From Nitrososphaerales archaeon (lineage in GTDB: Archaea > Thermoproteota > Nitrososphaeria > Conexivisphaerales > Conexivisphaeraceae): a stretch of 44,221 nucleotides of DNA. The position numbers and the translations under genes were made by a program. The first letter of the stretch is position 1. Each line of letters starts with the position of its first letter. Shown one piece after another: positions 27,755 through 37,129 of this stretch. The notes under the pieces were generated by a model. It did no database searches and was not told where the DNA came from. It worked only from the letters and a program-made list of their open reading frames with translations. The stretch spans positions 9,685-53,905 of the forward strand of contig JAGDXL010000015.1 of the NCBI GenBank assembly GCA_023256385.1, given 5' to 3'.

Positions 27755-28963
27755 TTGAGCTCGAACATCGGTAAGGTGGTTCTGGCTTACTCCGGCGGGC
27801 TCGACACGTCCGTCATGATAAAATGGTTACAGGAGAAGTATGGCGCGGAGGTCTACACGCTCACGCTGGACCTGGGTCAGCGCGACGACTTCCGCGAGAT
27901 AGAGGATAGGGCCTATAAAATAGGCGCCAAACAGCACTTTTTCGTCGATGCGAGGGCTGAGTTCGTGGAACGCTTCGTCTACCCCGCGATAAAGGCCAAT
28001 GGCTTCTACGAGGGCAAGTACCCACTCAGCACGGCACTGGGCCGGCCGCTGATATCCGAGAAATTGGTGGAGATAGCGCACAAGGTGGGCGCGGACGCGG
28101 TGGCTCACGGTTCGACGGGGAAGGGCAACGATCAGGTCAGGTTCGACATTACCGTGAGGGCGTTGGATCCGGGACTGAAGGTCCTCGTGCCAGTGAGGGA
28201 TTGGGGCCTCTCGAGGGATGTGGAACTGGAGTACGCCAGGAGCAAGGGACTGCCCGTGTCGGAGAAGAAGAGCAAGTACAGCGTTGACCAGAACCTGTGG
28301 GGCAGGTCCATCGAGAGCGGCCCGCTCGAGGATCCGTTCTCGGAGCCCGAGGAAGATGTGTACGACTGGGTCACGCCTCCTGAGAAGGCGCCCGATTCGC
28401 CGGAATACATCACGCTGACCTTCAAGCATGGCGTTCCCGTCGAGATAGACGGCGAGCGCCTGCCCCCAGTGGACCTCATACAGAGGCTCAATACAATCGC
28501 CGGCAAGAACGGTGTGGGCCTGGTCGATCACATAGAGGACCGGCTCGTGGGAATAAAATCGAGGGAGGTCTACGAAGTACCCGCCGCGCTCACAATACTG
28601 GAGGCACACAGGGATCTGGAGAAGCTCACCCTCACCGTGCACGAACTCTCCGCGAAGGCACCGCTCGAGGACACATGGTCAAGGCTCGTCTACAATGGCC
28701 TATGGTTGGAACCCCTCAGGCGGCACATAGATGCCTTCATAGAATCTACACAGAGTGTGGTAAGTGGCGATGTTAAGCTGAAGTTTTACAAGGGTCACCT
28801 CTCGGTTGTGGGGAGGCGGTCGGAGAACTCGCTCTACCGGCGTGAGATGTCGACCTACGCCAAGGACTCCAAGTACAACCAGCAGCTGGCAGTCGGGTTC
28901 ATAGAGCTCTGGGGCATGCAGACGATAACCGCGAACTCCGTCAGGCCCAAGGTGGCAGGTTAG
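27755..28963 (+). CDS. argG: Argininosuccinate synthase
   Basis: VVLAYSGGLDTS, HGSTGKGNDQVRF, YSVDQNLWGRSIE and GIKSREVYE. Confidence 0.98.
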   Translation: MSSNIGKVVLAYSGGLDTSVMIKWLQEKYGAEVYTLTLDLGQRDDFREIEDRAYKIGAKQHFFVDARAEFVERFVYPAIKANGFYEGKYPLSTALGRPLISEKLVEIAHKVGADAVAHGSTGKGNDQVRFDITVRALDPGLKVLVPVRDWGLSRDVELEYARSKGLPVSEKKSKYSVDQNLWGRSIESGPLEDPFSEPEEDVYDWVTPPEKAPDSPEYITLTFKHGVPVEIDGERLPPVDLIQRLNTIAGKNGVGLVDHIEDRLVGIKSREVYEVPAALTILEAHRDLEKLTLTVHELSAKAPLEDTWSRLVYNGLWLEPLRRHIDAFIESTQSVVSGDVKLKFYKGHLSVVGRRSENSLYRREMSTYAKDSKYNQQLAVGFIELWGMQTITANSVRPKVAG

Positions 28964-28966
28964 AGC

Positions 28967-30448
28967 ATGGCGTCCGACATCTATCGGGAGGGCAGGCTAG
29001 GGTCCGGTGTCCTTGCCGACGTCGTGAACTACATCAGCAGCTACTCGGACGACGTGGAGATATTCAACGCAATAGTGGAGATAAACATCGCGCATGTGAT
29101 TGCCCTCCATTCCTCCGGCTACATAGACCGGGAGGAGGCAGCCTCAATTCTCAGGGCACTAGTCGGGATCGACCCCAGCATACTCTCCACGATGCCCAAG
29201 ATGGAGGACGCCCATATGACTGTCGAGGCCAAGGTGATAGGAGAGGCTGGTCGTGCGGGGGAGAACATAAACTTGGGGAAGAGCCGGAACGACCAGGTGG
29301 CCGCCGCCATACGCATGCGCCTGAGGGAGTACATACTTGATATCGTCGGATCCGGCGCCCGGCTCGGCCTCAACCTTGTAGAGAAGGCGAGGGAGTTCAG
29401 GGAGCTCACGATGCCGGGTTTCACGCACCTGCAGCCCGCACAGCCAGTGACGCTGGGATATGTCCTGATGGCACACGCCGAGGAGATGCTGAGGGATCTC
29501 CATAGGCTCATCGAATCCTATAACCGGGTCAACCTATCCCCACTCGGCGCCGCGGCCACGTCCGGCTCCACGGTCCGGCTCAACCGTTACGCGCTGGCCT
29601 CCCTCCTCGGTTTCAAGGACGTTATGCGCAACGCAGTCGATGCCGTCTCGTCCCGCGACTACATGATCGAGGTCCTCGCTGCCATGCTCTCGCTCTCCAT
29701 AGAATCCTCGAGGCTCGCGGAGCATCTGGTCCTGTGGTCCTCACCGCAGTTCTCCTACGTGGAGCTACCCGACGAATATACGGCGACCAGCAGCATAATG
29801 CCGCACAAGAAGAATCCAGTGGTCGCTGAGCTCGCCAGGGCGAAGGCTGCCTCACCGCTGGCCTCGCTTGTGGCCATCGCGGCCATACTGAAATCCCTTC
29901 CATATTCGTATAACTTGGACCTGCAGGACGCCACGCCTCATCTGTGGAGAGCGTCCAGGGACGTCCTCTCCACGCTCAACGTGCTAGCCGGCGCCGTTGG
30001 CGGCCTCAGGGCCAATCGCGACAGGATGGCCAAGGACGCCCTGGCTGGATTCGTGACCGGAAGCGATCTTGCAGAATATCTCACGATAAGATTCGGGGTG
30101 CCATTCAGAACTGCCCACAAGGTAGTCGGGAGGGTCGTCAGGCGCACCGTCGACGAAGGGTTGACATGGGGGCCTGCGCTCAGGGAGATCGTCGAGTCCG
30201 CGGCCGCGGAGGAGGGATATTCGGTGAAAATACCCGACGACGAATTCTCCTCCATAGTAGACCCGGCAGAGGCCATCAGAAGGAGAAGTCACGTCGGCAT
30301 GAGCGGCGAGGGGTACGACGCAATGGCGGCTGATCTGGAGACGAAGCTGCGTCACGCGCTCTCATGGAGGGACGTGGTGATGGAAGAACTTAAAAAATCC
30401 CGCTCACTCCTAGAGGAGCGGGCGCGTGCAATAATGGGAGGTGTTTGA
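28967..30448 (+). CDS. argH: Argininosuccinate lyase
   Basis: SRNDQVA, MPGFTHLQPAQP, SSIMPHKKNP and GVPFRTAH. Confidence 0.97.
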   Translation: MASDIYREGRLGSGVLADVVNYISSYSDDVEIFNAIVEINIAHVIALHSSGYIDREEAASILRALVGIDPSILSTMPKMEDAHMTVEAKVIGEAGRAGENINLGKSRNDQVAAAIRMRLREYILDIVGSGARLGLNLVEKAREFRELTMPGFTHLQPAQPVTLGYVLMAHAEEMLRDLHRLIESYNRVNLSPLGAAATSGSTVRLNRYALASLLGFKDVMRNAVDAVSSRDYMIEVLAAMLSLSIESSRLAEHLVLWSSPQFSYVELPDEYTATSSIMPHKKNPVVAELARAKAASPLASLVAIAAILKSLPYSYNLDLQDATPHLWRASRDVLSTLNVLAGAVGGLRANRDRMAKDALAGFVTGSDLAEYLTIRFGVPFRTAHKVVGRVVRRTVDEGLTWGPALREIVESAAAEEGYSVKIPDDEFSSIVDPAEAIRRRSHVGMSGEGYDAMAADLETKLRHALSWRDVVMEELKKSRSLLEERARAIMGGV

Positions 30449-30634
30449 ATGCCGATAAAGGTTCAGTGTCAGGAATGTGGTGGCATGATAGCAGTACCCG
30501 ATGATGCACTTCCGGGCGAGATAGTGTCCTGCCCGGATTGCGGTACTGAGTACGAGGTGGTGTCGGTCGACCCTAAAGCCGGCCGCGCCGAGCTCAAACC
30601 GGCAGAGGAAGTAAAGGAGGACTGGGGCGAGTAA
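30449..30634 (+). CDS. lysW: Amino-group carrier protein LysW
   Basis: Two CxxC motifs and C-terminal EDWGE; SD GGAGGTG. Confidence 0.97.
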   Translation: MPIKVQCQECGGMIAVPDDALPGEIVSCPDCGTEYEVVSVDPKAGRAELKPAEEVKEDWGE

Positions 30635-30640
30635 ACACGC

Positions 30641-31510
30641 TTGGCGAATAGCTTATCCATACTCACCGACAGGCTCAGGTGGGAGGAGAAGGCACTATAC
30701 ACCGCTGCGCTGAACATGGGCCTCAGCGCGAGTATAGTAGACGTGAAATCTAGTAGTATAGATATATCTGACGAGTCGACGCTGCCAGCGGAGGTCAGGG
30801 ACTCCGACGTCGTACTTCAGAGGTGCGTTAGCCATTATCGTGGGCTCTACTACACCGCGGTCCTTGAGCGCTTTGGTCGCAGAGTGATCAACTCGTTCAT
30901 GACATCCCTGATGACCGGAAACAAGCTCCTCACGTCGCTGGAGCTGGTCAAGAGGGGCATTCCCACACCTAGGACGTACGTCTCCTTCTCGGACGAATCC
31001 GCAGTCGAGTTCATGGAGCGCCATGGGTATCCAATGGTTGTGAAGCCGGTGGTGGGCAGCTGGGGGCGCATGGTGACCAGGGTCGATGACAGAGATGACG
31101 CAAACACCCTAGTGGAGTTCAGGAGAATGCTCCAGGATCCCACGTATCAGGTGTACTACCTGCAGGAGTACGTGAGGAGGCCGCCTAGGGACCTTCGTGC
31201 GGTGGTCGTGGGCGACGATGTAGTGGCGGCGGAGTACCGTTATCAGCCGCCCGACGACTGGAGGACCAACATAGCCAGGGGAGGGAGGGCTGAGCCTGTG
31301 TCCTTGAAGGGTCATGATCGCGAGATAGTGTTAAAGGCAGCCGAGGCCGTGGGCGGCGGCGTGCTGGGCGTGGACGCAATGGAGACGGAGGACGGGCTTC
31401 TGGTGCACGAGGTGAACGGAGGCGTCGAGTTTCACGGTGTGACGCATGCGACTGGCGTCGACGTGGCCACGAAGATAATCGAGTATGCGAGGAGCGTGGC
31501 CAAGAGATGA
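30641..31510 (+). CDS. argX: RimK-family ATP-grasp ligase, probably glutamate--LysW ligase
   Basis: QRCVSHYR and KPVVGSWGR. Has WRTNIA and EFHGV rather than the LysX-type WRTNTA and EFxNS. Confidence 0.75.
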   Translation: MANSLSILTDRLRWEEKALYTAALNMGLSASIVDVKSSSIDISDESTLPAEVRDSDVVLQRCVSHYRGLYYTAVLERFGRRVINSFMTSLMTGNKLLTSLELVKRGIPTPRTYVSFSDESAVEFMERHGYPMVVKPVVGSWGRMVTRVDDRDDANTLVEFRRMLQDPTYQVYYLQEYVRRPPRDLRAVVVGDDVVAAEYRYQPPDDWRTNIARGGRAEPVSLKGHDREIVLKAAEAVGGGVLGVDAMETEDGLLVHEVNGGVEFHGVTHATGVDVATKIIEYARSVAKR

Positions 31511-32574
31511 ACGGGACTACTAAGGTATCCATAATAGGCGCATCCGGTTACGTCGGCGGCGAACTTCTCAGGATACTCTCGAGGCATCCCGGAGTAGAGA
31601 TAGTGGCGGCTCACTCGCGTCAGCATGCAGGCGAATACGTTCACAGGGTGCATCCCAATCTGAAGGGCGTCATAGATCTGCAGTTCACCGGCGAGGATCC
31701 GGTGAAGGTAGCATCAAACTCTGACCTCGTGTTCCTCTCGGTGCCGCACGGCACCTCCGTCAAGATAACCCCGAAGCTGATGGAGCTCGGGATCAGGCTC
31801 GTTGACATGAGCGCTGACTTCAGGCTCAAGGACCCCTCGGCATATGAGGTATGGTACCACTATAGGCATCCCTATCCCGATCTACTGGATAAGTTCGTCT
31901 ACGGCCTTCCTGAGCTCCACAGGGATGAGCTGAGGGGTGCCAGATATGCGTCGGCGCCGGGGTGCAACGCGGCCGCGGCCATACTGGGCTTGGCGCCGCT
32001 CGCACGTCACGGGCTGGTGACGAATGGAACAATAGTGGTCGACGTGAAAGTAGGATCCTCTGGAGCAGGCGGAAAGCCATCCCCTGCCACGCACTTCTCT
32101 GAGAGATATGGCGTCGTGAGGCCCTACAGTCCGGCTGGCCACAGGCACGTCGCCGAGATAGAGCAGGAGTTGCGCGTAGCGTCCGGTCACAGCTACACGA
32201 TCGCCATGAGCGCACATGCCGTCAACATAGTCCGCGGCATACTCTCCACGTCGCACACATTCACGGACAGTGATAACATGGATCAGGCCAAGATCTGGCG
32301 GGCCTACCGTGAGACCTATCGCGAGGAGCCCTTCATACGGTTCGTGAGGGACAAGAAGGGAATCTTCAGATATCCCGACCCGAAGATAGTGGTCGGATCT
32401 AACTTCGCGGACATAGGTTTCGAGCTCGATCCACACACGAACCGCATAGTGGTGCTCTCAGCCATAGATAACCTGATGAAGGGCGCCGCGGGCAGCGCCG
32501 TACAGGCCATGAACCTGATGCTCGGCTTCGACGAGAGGACGGCGCTGGACGCGCCTCCGCTGCATCCGGTGTGA
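31507..32574 (+). CDS. lysY: LysW-gamma-(aminoadipyl/glutamyl)-phosphate reductase (ArgC family)
   Basis: GASGYVGGEL, DMSADFRL, PGCNA, GSSGAG and IDNLMKGAAG. Confidence 0.95.
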   Translation: MNGTTKVSIIGASGYVGGELLRILSRHPGVEIVAAHSRQHAGEYVHRVHPNLKGVIDLQFTGEDPVKVASNSDLVFLSVPHGTSVKITPKLMELGIRLVDMSADFRLKDPSAYEVWYHYRHPYPDLLDKFVYGLPELHRDELRGARYASAPGCNAAAAILGLAPLARHGLVTNGTIVVDVKVGSSGAGGKPSPATHFSERYGVVRPYSPAGHRHVAEIEQELRVASGHSYTIAMSAHAVNIVRGILSTSHTFTDSDNMDQAKIWRAYRETYREEPFIRFVRDKKGIFRYPDPKIVVGSNFADIGFELDPHTNRIVVLSAIDNLMKGAAGSAVQAMNLMLGFDERTALDAPPLHPV

Positions 32575-33395
32575 GGGTGGTACAATTGATAGTTGTGAAA
32601 GTGGGTGGTAGCCTCGTGCACGGCGGATTCCTGGGATCCATACTGGACGACATTGCGCGCATGTCCAAGGATCACAAGGTGGTGCTCGTTCACGGCGGCG
32701 GCGCCGTGGTGACGGAGGTCGCTGAGAGGATGGGCGTGAAGCAGCAGTTCGTCACCTCTCCAACTGGAATACGGAGTCGCTACACCGACAAGGAGACTGC
32801 CGGGATATTCGCGATGGTGATGGCGGGCAGGATAAACACGGAGATAGTAGCGTCACTTCGCGCGAGGGACGTCGACGCCTTCGGACTCTCGGGCGTCGAC
32901 GGCGGTCTTATACTGGCTGAGCGCAAGAAGCGCCTAGTGGTGATAGACGAGAAGGGCAGGAAGCGCGCGATAGATGGTGGTTATACCGGCAGGATAGTGG
33001 AGGTCCGTCCTCACGTCCTGGAAGTGCTCATCGGCTCCGGGTTCACGCCCGTCATATCTCCGGTCGCGATCGGGCAGGAGGGCGAGGTGTTGAACGTGGA
33101 CGCGGACAGGGCGGCAGCATACGTCGCCTCTGCGATCAAGGCCGAGGCGTTGGTTCTCCTGACCAACGTAGCGGGGCTTCTCGACGAGCGCGGCGTCCTG
33201 GTGAAGGAGCTCACGGCGACTGACGCAAGGGATCGCATGAAGAAGGTGGGGCCCGGCATGGACAAGAAACTTCTGGCGGCCGCCGAGGCGCTCGAGGGCG
33301 GCGTCGGGAAGGTGATGATATCGGACGGGAGGATCGAATCGCCGATCGGCAGGGCGCTCGAGGGGGCCGGTACCGTAGTCAGGAGGGAGAGTTAA
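32571..33395 (+). CDS. lysZ: LysW-aminoadipate/glutamate kinase (ArgB family)
   Basis: VVKVGGS, VHGGG, SRYTD, GGYTG, LNVDADRAA and GMDKKL. Confidence 0.95.
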   Translation: MRVVQLIVVKVGGSLVHGGFLGSILDDIARMSKDHKVVLVHGGGAVVTEVAERMGVKQQFVTSPTGIRSRYTDKETAGIFAMVMAGRINTEIVASLRARDVDAFGLSGVDGGLILAERKKRLVVIDEKGRKRAIDGGYTGRIVEVRPHVLEVLIGSGFTPVISPVAIGQEGEVLNVDADRAAAYVASAIKAEALVLLTNVAGLLDERGVLVKELTATDARDRMKKVGPGMDKKLLAAAEALEGGVGKVMISDGRIESPIGRALEGAGTVVRRES

Positions 33396-34609
33396 TGGAT
33401 CCATCACACGTCATCGAGGTCGAGGACTCCAAGCTGCTCCGCACGTTCCAGAGGTTCGGACTGGTCGTGGATCACGCGCTCGGCGCGTACATCTGGGATG
33501 CATCGGGCCGTGCATATCTGGATTTCATGGCCGGCTACGGCGTTGCCATACTCGGGCACGGCAGGAGGGAGATCGCTGATGCTATAAAGGCCCAGCTCGA
33601 TCGCAACTCCATCTGCCACGGTTCCCTCTACAGTCCTGCCAGGGCCGAATTCCTGGAGGAGCTCTTCAGCGTGCTCCCGAGCAATATGTCGTCGGCCTAT
33701 ATGGCGAACAGCGGTGCAGAGGCTATAGAAGCGGCGATAAAGGTCGCCGTGAAGGCTACCGGTCGCTCTCTACTGATGGCAGCCAAGGGATCGTATCACG
33801 GCAAGACCCTAGGGGCGCTGTCGATCACCTGGGGCGAGAAGTACAGGAAGCCCTTCTCTCAGCTGCTGCCCAAGGTTCATTTCGTAGATTACGGCGACCT
33901 CAAGTCCCTCGAATCAGCGCCGTTCGAGGAGGCAGCTGCGCTCTTCCTGGAACCCGTGCAGGGCGAGGGTGGGGTGAACATCCCTAGTGGCGAGTTCATG
34001 CGCGAGGCGGAGAGACGCTGCAGGTCCAGTGGCTGCGTGCTCGTCATGGACGAAATACAGGCAGGCCTCGGCAGGACCGGCAGGATCTGGGCGCACGAGC
34101 ATTGGGGCGTCAGGCCGGACGTGATGACGATAGGTAAGGGAATAGGCGGCGGGGTGCCCATGGGTATAACCGCCATGTCGTCCGAGCTCTCCAGCGCCAT
34201 GAGGCTGGGGGAGCAGACCTCCACGTTCGGCGGGAACCCTCTCGCATCGGCCGCCGGCACCGCAGTCCTGAGGGTCCTGAAGGCCGAGAGGCTCTGGGAG
34301 AACGCCGAGAAGATGGGCTCCAGATTCATCCAAGGGTTGGGCCGCATAGCGTCATCTCGCCGTCTCGCCGAGTCTAGCAGGGGCCTCGGCTTGATGGATG
34401 CGTTGGACCTCAGGATCGGCGTCTCGGAGGTAATACCCGCGCTGATATCCAATGGATTCATATCGACCTACTCGGGTCTCAGAACCCTCAGGTTCCTCCC
34501 GCCTATAACCATCGGCGAGGAGGAGGTCGATAGGGCATTGTCGATAATCGACAAAACTCTTGCGGAAATCGAGCTGGCCAAGCGCGCAGCTTCGGGCGAA
34601 AGAGATTAA
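33395..34609 (+). CDS. lysJ: LysW-semialdehyde transaminase (ArgD family, PLP-dependent)
   Basis: NSGAEAIEAA, YHGKTLG, EPVQGEGG, DEIQAGLGRTG, PLP lysine in GKGIGGG and TFGGNP. Confidence 0.93.
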   Translation: MDPSHVIEVEDSKLLRTFQRFGLVVDHALGAYIWDASGRAYLDFMAGYGVAILGHGRREIADAIKAQLDRNSICHGSLYSPARAEFLEELFSVLPSNMSSAYMANSGAEAIEAAIKVAVKATGRSLLMAAKGSYHGKTLGALSITWGEKYRKPFSQLLPKVHFVDYGDLKSLESAPFEEAAALFLEPVQGEGGVNIPSGEFMREAERRCRSSGCVLVMDEIQAGLGRTGRIWAHEHWGVRPDVMTIGKGIGGGVPMGITAMSSELSSAMRLGEQTSTFGGNPLASAAGTAVLRVLKAERLWENAEKMGSRFIQGLGRIASSRRLAESSRGLGLMDALDLRIGVSEVIPALISNGFISTYSGLRTLRFLPPITIGEEEVDRALSIIDKTLAEIELAKRAASGERD

Positions 34610-34634
34610 TTTATGTCCAGTAAACGTCGAGCGT

Positions 34635-35051
34635 ATGCCGAGTGACGATATAGATTCCAAGATAATCGGGATGCTCAAGGCTGATGCCCGTAAGCCGTTC
34701 GTTGAGATCGCGAAGGAGTTGGGCATCTCGGAGGCTGCCGTGAGGAGGCGCGTCAGGAAGCTAGTCGAGTCAGGCACAATAAAGAAGTTCACGATCGAGC
34801 TGGGAAGGCTCGGCGGCGCGAGTGCGATAACCCTGGTCGCTGTGGAGCCCGGGGCCCAGATAAGGTCCATAGCTGAGCGCGTCAGGGCACTCGATGGCGT
34901 GGATCGTGTATACGAGATAACCGGGCAGTACGACATGGCAATATTCGTTGGAGGGGAAAGCATAACGGATGTGAACTCCACAATAGACAAGATCAGATCC
35001 ATGGACGGCGTCGTGGGCACTAATACTGTGATAATACTCAAGGAGGACTGA
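34635..35051 (+). CDS. lysM: Lrp/AsnC-family regulator LysM
   Basis: DARKPFVEIAKELGISEAAVRRRVRKL and YEITGQYD. Located inside the lys operon; possible internal TATA near 34606-34614. Confidence 0.85.
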   Translation: MPSDDIDSKIIGMLKADARKPFVEIAKELGISEAAVRRRVRKLVESGTIKKFTIELGRLGGASAITLVAVEPGAQIRSIAERVRALDGVDRVYEITGQYDMAIFVGGESITDVNSTIDKIRSMDGVVGTNTVIILKED

Positions 35052-35055
35052 AGCT

Positions 35056-36261
35056 TTGGATCAACAGATGGACAGGGCCGGCCTGGGGCACTCAGGCGAC
35101 TACAACTCAGCATCGACGTCGCTGCTCGCCGGCAGGAGGATCCACATACTGGACAGCACCCTCCGGGAGGGTGAGCAGGGCGCCGGCGTCTCATTCACAA
35201 AGCGGCAACGTCTCCAGATAGCTTGGATGCTGGACTACTTCGGCGTGGATGCTATAGAGGTCAGTCCAGTGATCTCGGGATCCCACCTGGAAAGCTGCAG
35301 CGAGATGGTGAAGGCCGGCCTGAGCGCCCAGATAGTCGCGCACGGCAGGGCCCTCAGGCAGGACATAGACACTATCATACAATGTGGCGCCAGCTACGGC
35401 GCGATATATCATTCCGTGTCCGATATACATCTGAGGTACAAACTCAAGGTGGACTTCGAGGAGGCGCTCCGCAGGGGCGTGGACGCCGTGGAGTACGCGA
35501 AGGCGCATGGTCTCAGGCTCAGATTCACGCTCGAGGACGCCAGCAGGACCTCCGTCGACCGCCTGATAGAGTACGCGAAGGCGGTCGAGGAGGCAGGTGC
35601 AGATCGCATAAGCATACCCGACACGGTCGGCGTGATGACTCCTGGCGGCATGTACAAACTGGTCCGCGCTGTGCGGCAATCCGTGAAGGTGCCGCTGGAT
35701 GTCCACTGCCACAACGACATGGGACTCTCGCTGGCGAACGCGCTCGCCGGTCTGGAGGCCGGTGCCGATCAGGTCCACGCCACCGTCGGTGGAATCGGCG
35801 AGAGGTCAGGGATAACTGATCTGGCGCAGCTCGCGGTGGCGCTTACGGTAATTTATGGAGCGCAGATGAACGCCAGGATAAACATGCTCAAGGACCTCTA
35901 CGATCTCGTGTTCGGCTACTTGGGTTTCAGGCCGTCTCCGTTCATGCCCCTCCTGGGGGAGAACGCGTACAAGCATAAGGCCGGCACGCACATAGCTGCG
36001 GTGCTCAGCAATCCTATAGCATACGAGGTGGTTCCGCCACGCTTCGTCGGTGCCAAGAGGAAGTTGGTGTTCGGTGAGCTTCTGGGGAAGAACGGCGCCG
36101 CATTCTTCCTGAAGCTCATGGGGCTGGAGCCCAGCGATGCCAGCGCCAGGGCGTTCGCCGACGCAATGAAGCGGCTCCAGATGGGTGATATGTTCGAGTT
36201 GGAGCTCGATGAACGCCTGGAGAGGCTTTTCATGGAGTCGCAGAGGAACTTGGAGGGCTGA
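35056..36261 (+). CDS. Homocitrate synthase (LeuA/HCS family)
   Basis: LDSTLREGEQ, PDTVG, HCHNDMG, GIGERSG and HKAGTH. No LeuA regulatory domain; lys operon context. Start is TTG 35056 or ATG 35068. Confidence 0.85.
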   Translation: MDQQMDRAGLGHSGDYNSASTSLLAGRRIHILDSTLREGEQGAGVSFTKRQRLQIAWMLDYFGVDAIEVSPVISGSHLESCSEMVKAGLSAQIVAHGRALRQDIDTIIQCGASYGAIYHSVSDIHLRYKLKVDFEEALRRGVDAVEYAKAHGLRLRFTLEDASRTSVDRLIEYAKAVEEAGADRISIPDTVGVMTPGGMYKLVRAVRQSVKVPLDVHCHNDMGLSLANALAGLEAGADQVHATVGGIGERSGITDLAQLAVALTVIYGAQMNARINMLKDLYDLVFGYLGFRPSPFMPLLGENAYKHKAGTHIAAVLSNPIAYEVVPPRFVGAKRKLVFGELLGKNGAAFFLKLMGLEPSDASARAFADAMKRLQMGDMFELELDERLERLFMESQRNLEG

Positions 36262-36266
36262 TCGGT

Positions 36267-37124
36267 ATGGTAAAGATCACCATGTTACACGACGTCGTGA
36301 GGCTCGAGGAGAAGATGCTCGTCGACGCGGCATCCAAGAGGAACATCGACGTGAAACTCGTCGACACGAGGAGCATCAGGTTGGATTCGCACGGCTCGAT
36401 CGACGGGGTAGTGGATGCAGGCGACGTCGCGTTTCAGCGCAGCGTGAGCTACTACCGTCATCTCCACGTCACTGCATATTTGGAATACCTCGGGGTACCG
36501 GTCGTGAACAGCCTGCAGACGGTCACCGTGGCCGGCAACAAGATGCTGACCACGATGGCGCTCGTGCGGTCCAAAGTGCCCACGCCCAGGACGCTCGTCG
36601 CATTCTCGAGGGACGGCGCCATGGAGGCGTACTCCGAGCTGGGAGGAACCGCGGTACTCAAGCCGGTCATGGGCAGCTGGGGCAGGCTCGTCGCACTCCT
36701 GGACTCCAGGGCTGCGGCCCAGGCGGTCTTCGAGGACCGCGAGGAAATGGGCCCCATCCACCAGGTGTACTATCTGCAGGAATACGTGAGGAGGCCGCCC
36801 AGGGACATAAGGACTTTCGTGGTGGGCGATCGCGTGGTCGCCGCGATATACCGTTATCAGCCGCCCGACGACTGGAGGACCAACACGGCCAGGGGAGGAA
36901 GGGCCGAGCCCTGTGAGGTCACCCGCGAGCTGGAGGACATCTCCCTGAGGGCGGCACAGGCCGTGGGCGGCGGCGTGCTGGGCGTGGACGCGATGGAGAC
37001 GGATGACGGGCTTCTGGTGCACGAGGTCAACCACAATCCGGAATTCAGGAACAGCGTCAAGGTGACCGGCATAGATATTGCGGGCCACATGATAGAGTAC
37101 GTCGCGAGCCAGGCGAAGAGGTAA
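36267..37124 (+). CDS. lysX: Alpha-aminoadipate--LysW ligase
   Basis: KPVMGSWGRL, AAIYR, WRTNTA and EVNHNPEFRNS, matching LysX-type signature residues. Confidence 0.85.
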   Translation: MVKITMLHDVVRLEEKMLVDAASKRNIDVKLVDTRSIRLDSHGSIDGVVDAGDVAFQRSVSYYRHLHVTAYLEYLGVPVVNSLQTVTVAGNKMLTTMALVRSKVPTPRTLVAFSRDGAMEAYSELGGTAVLKPVMGSWGRLVALLDSRAAAQAVFEDREEMGPIHQVYYLQEYVRRPPRDIRTFVVGDRVVAAIYRYQPPDDWRTNTARGGRAEPCEVTRELEDISLRAAQAVGGGVLGVDAMETDDGLLVHEVNHNPEFRNSVKVTGIDIAGHMIEYVASQAKR

Positions 37125-37129
37125 TTGTC

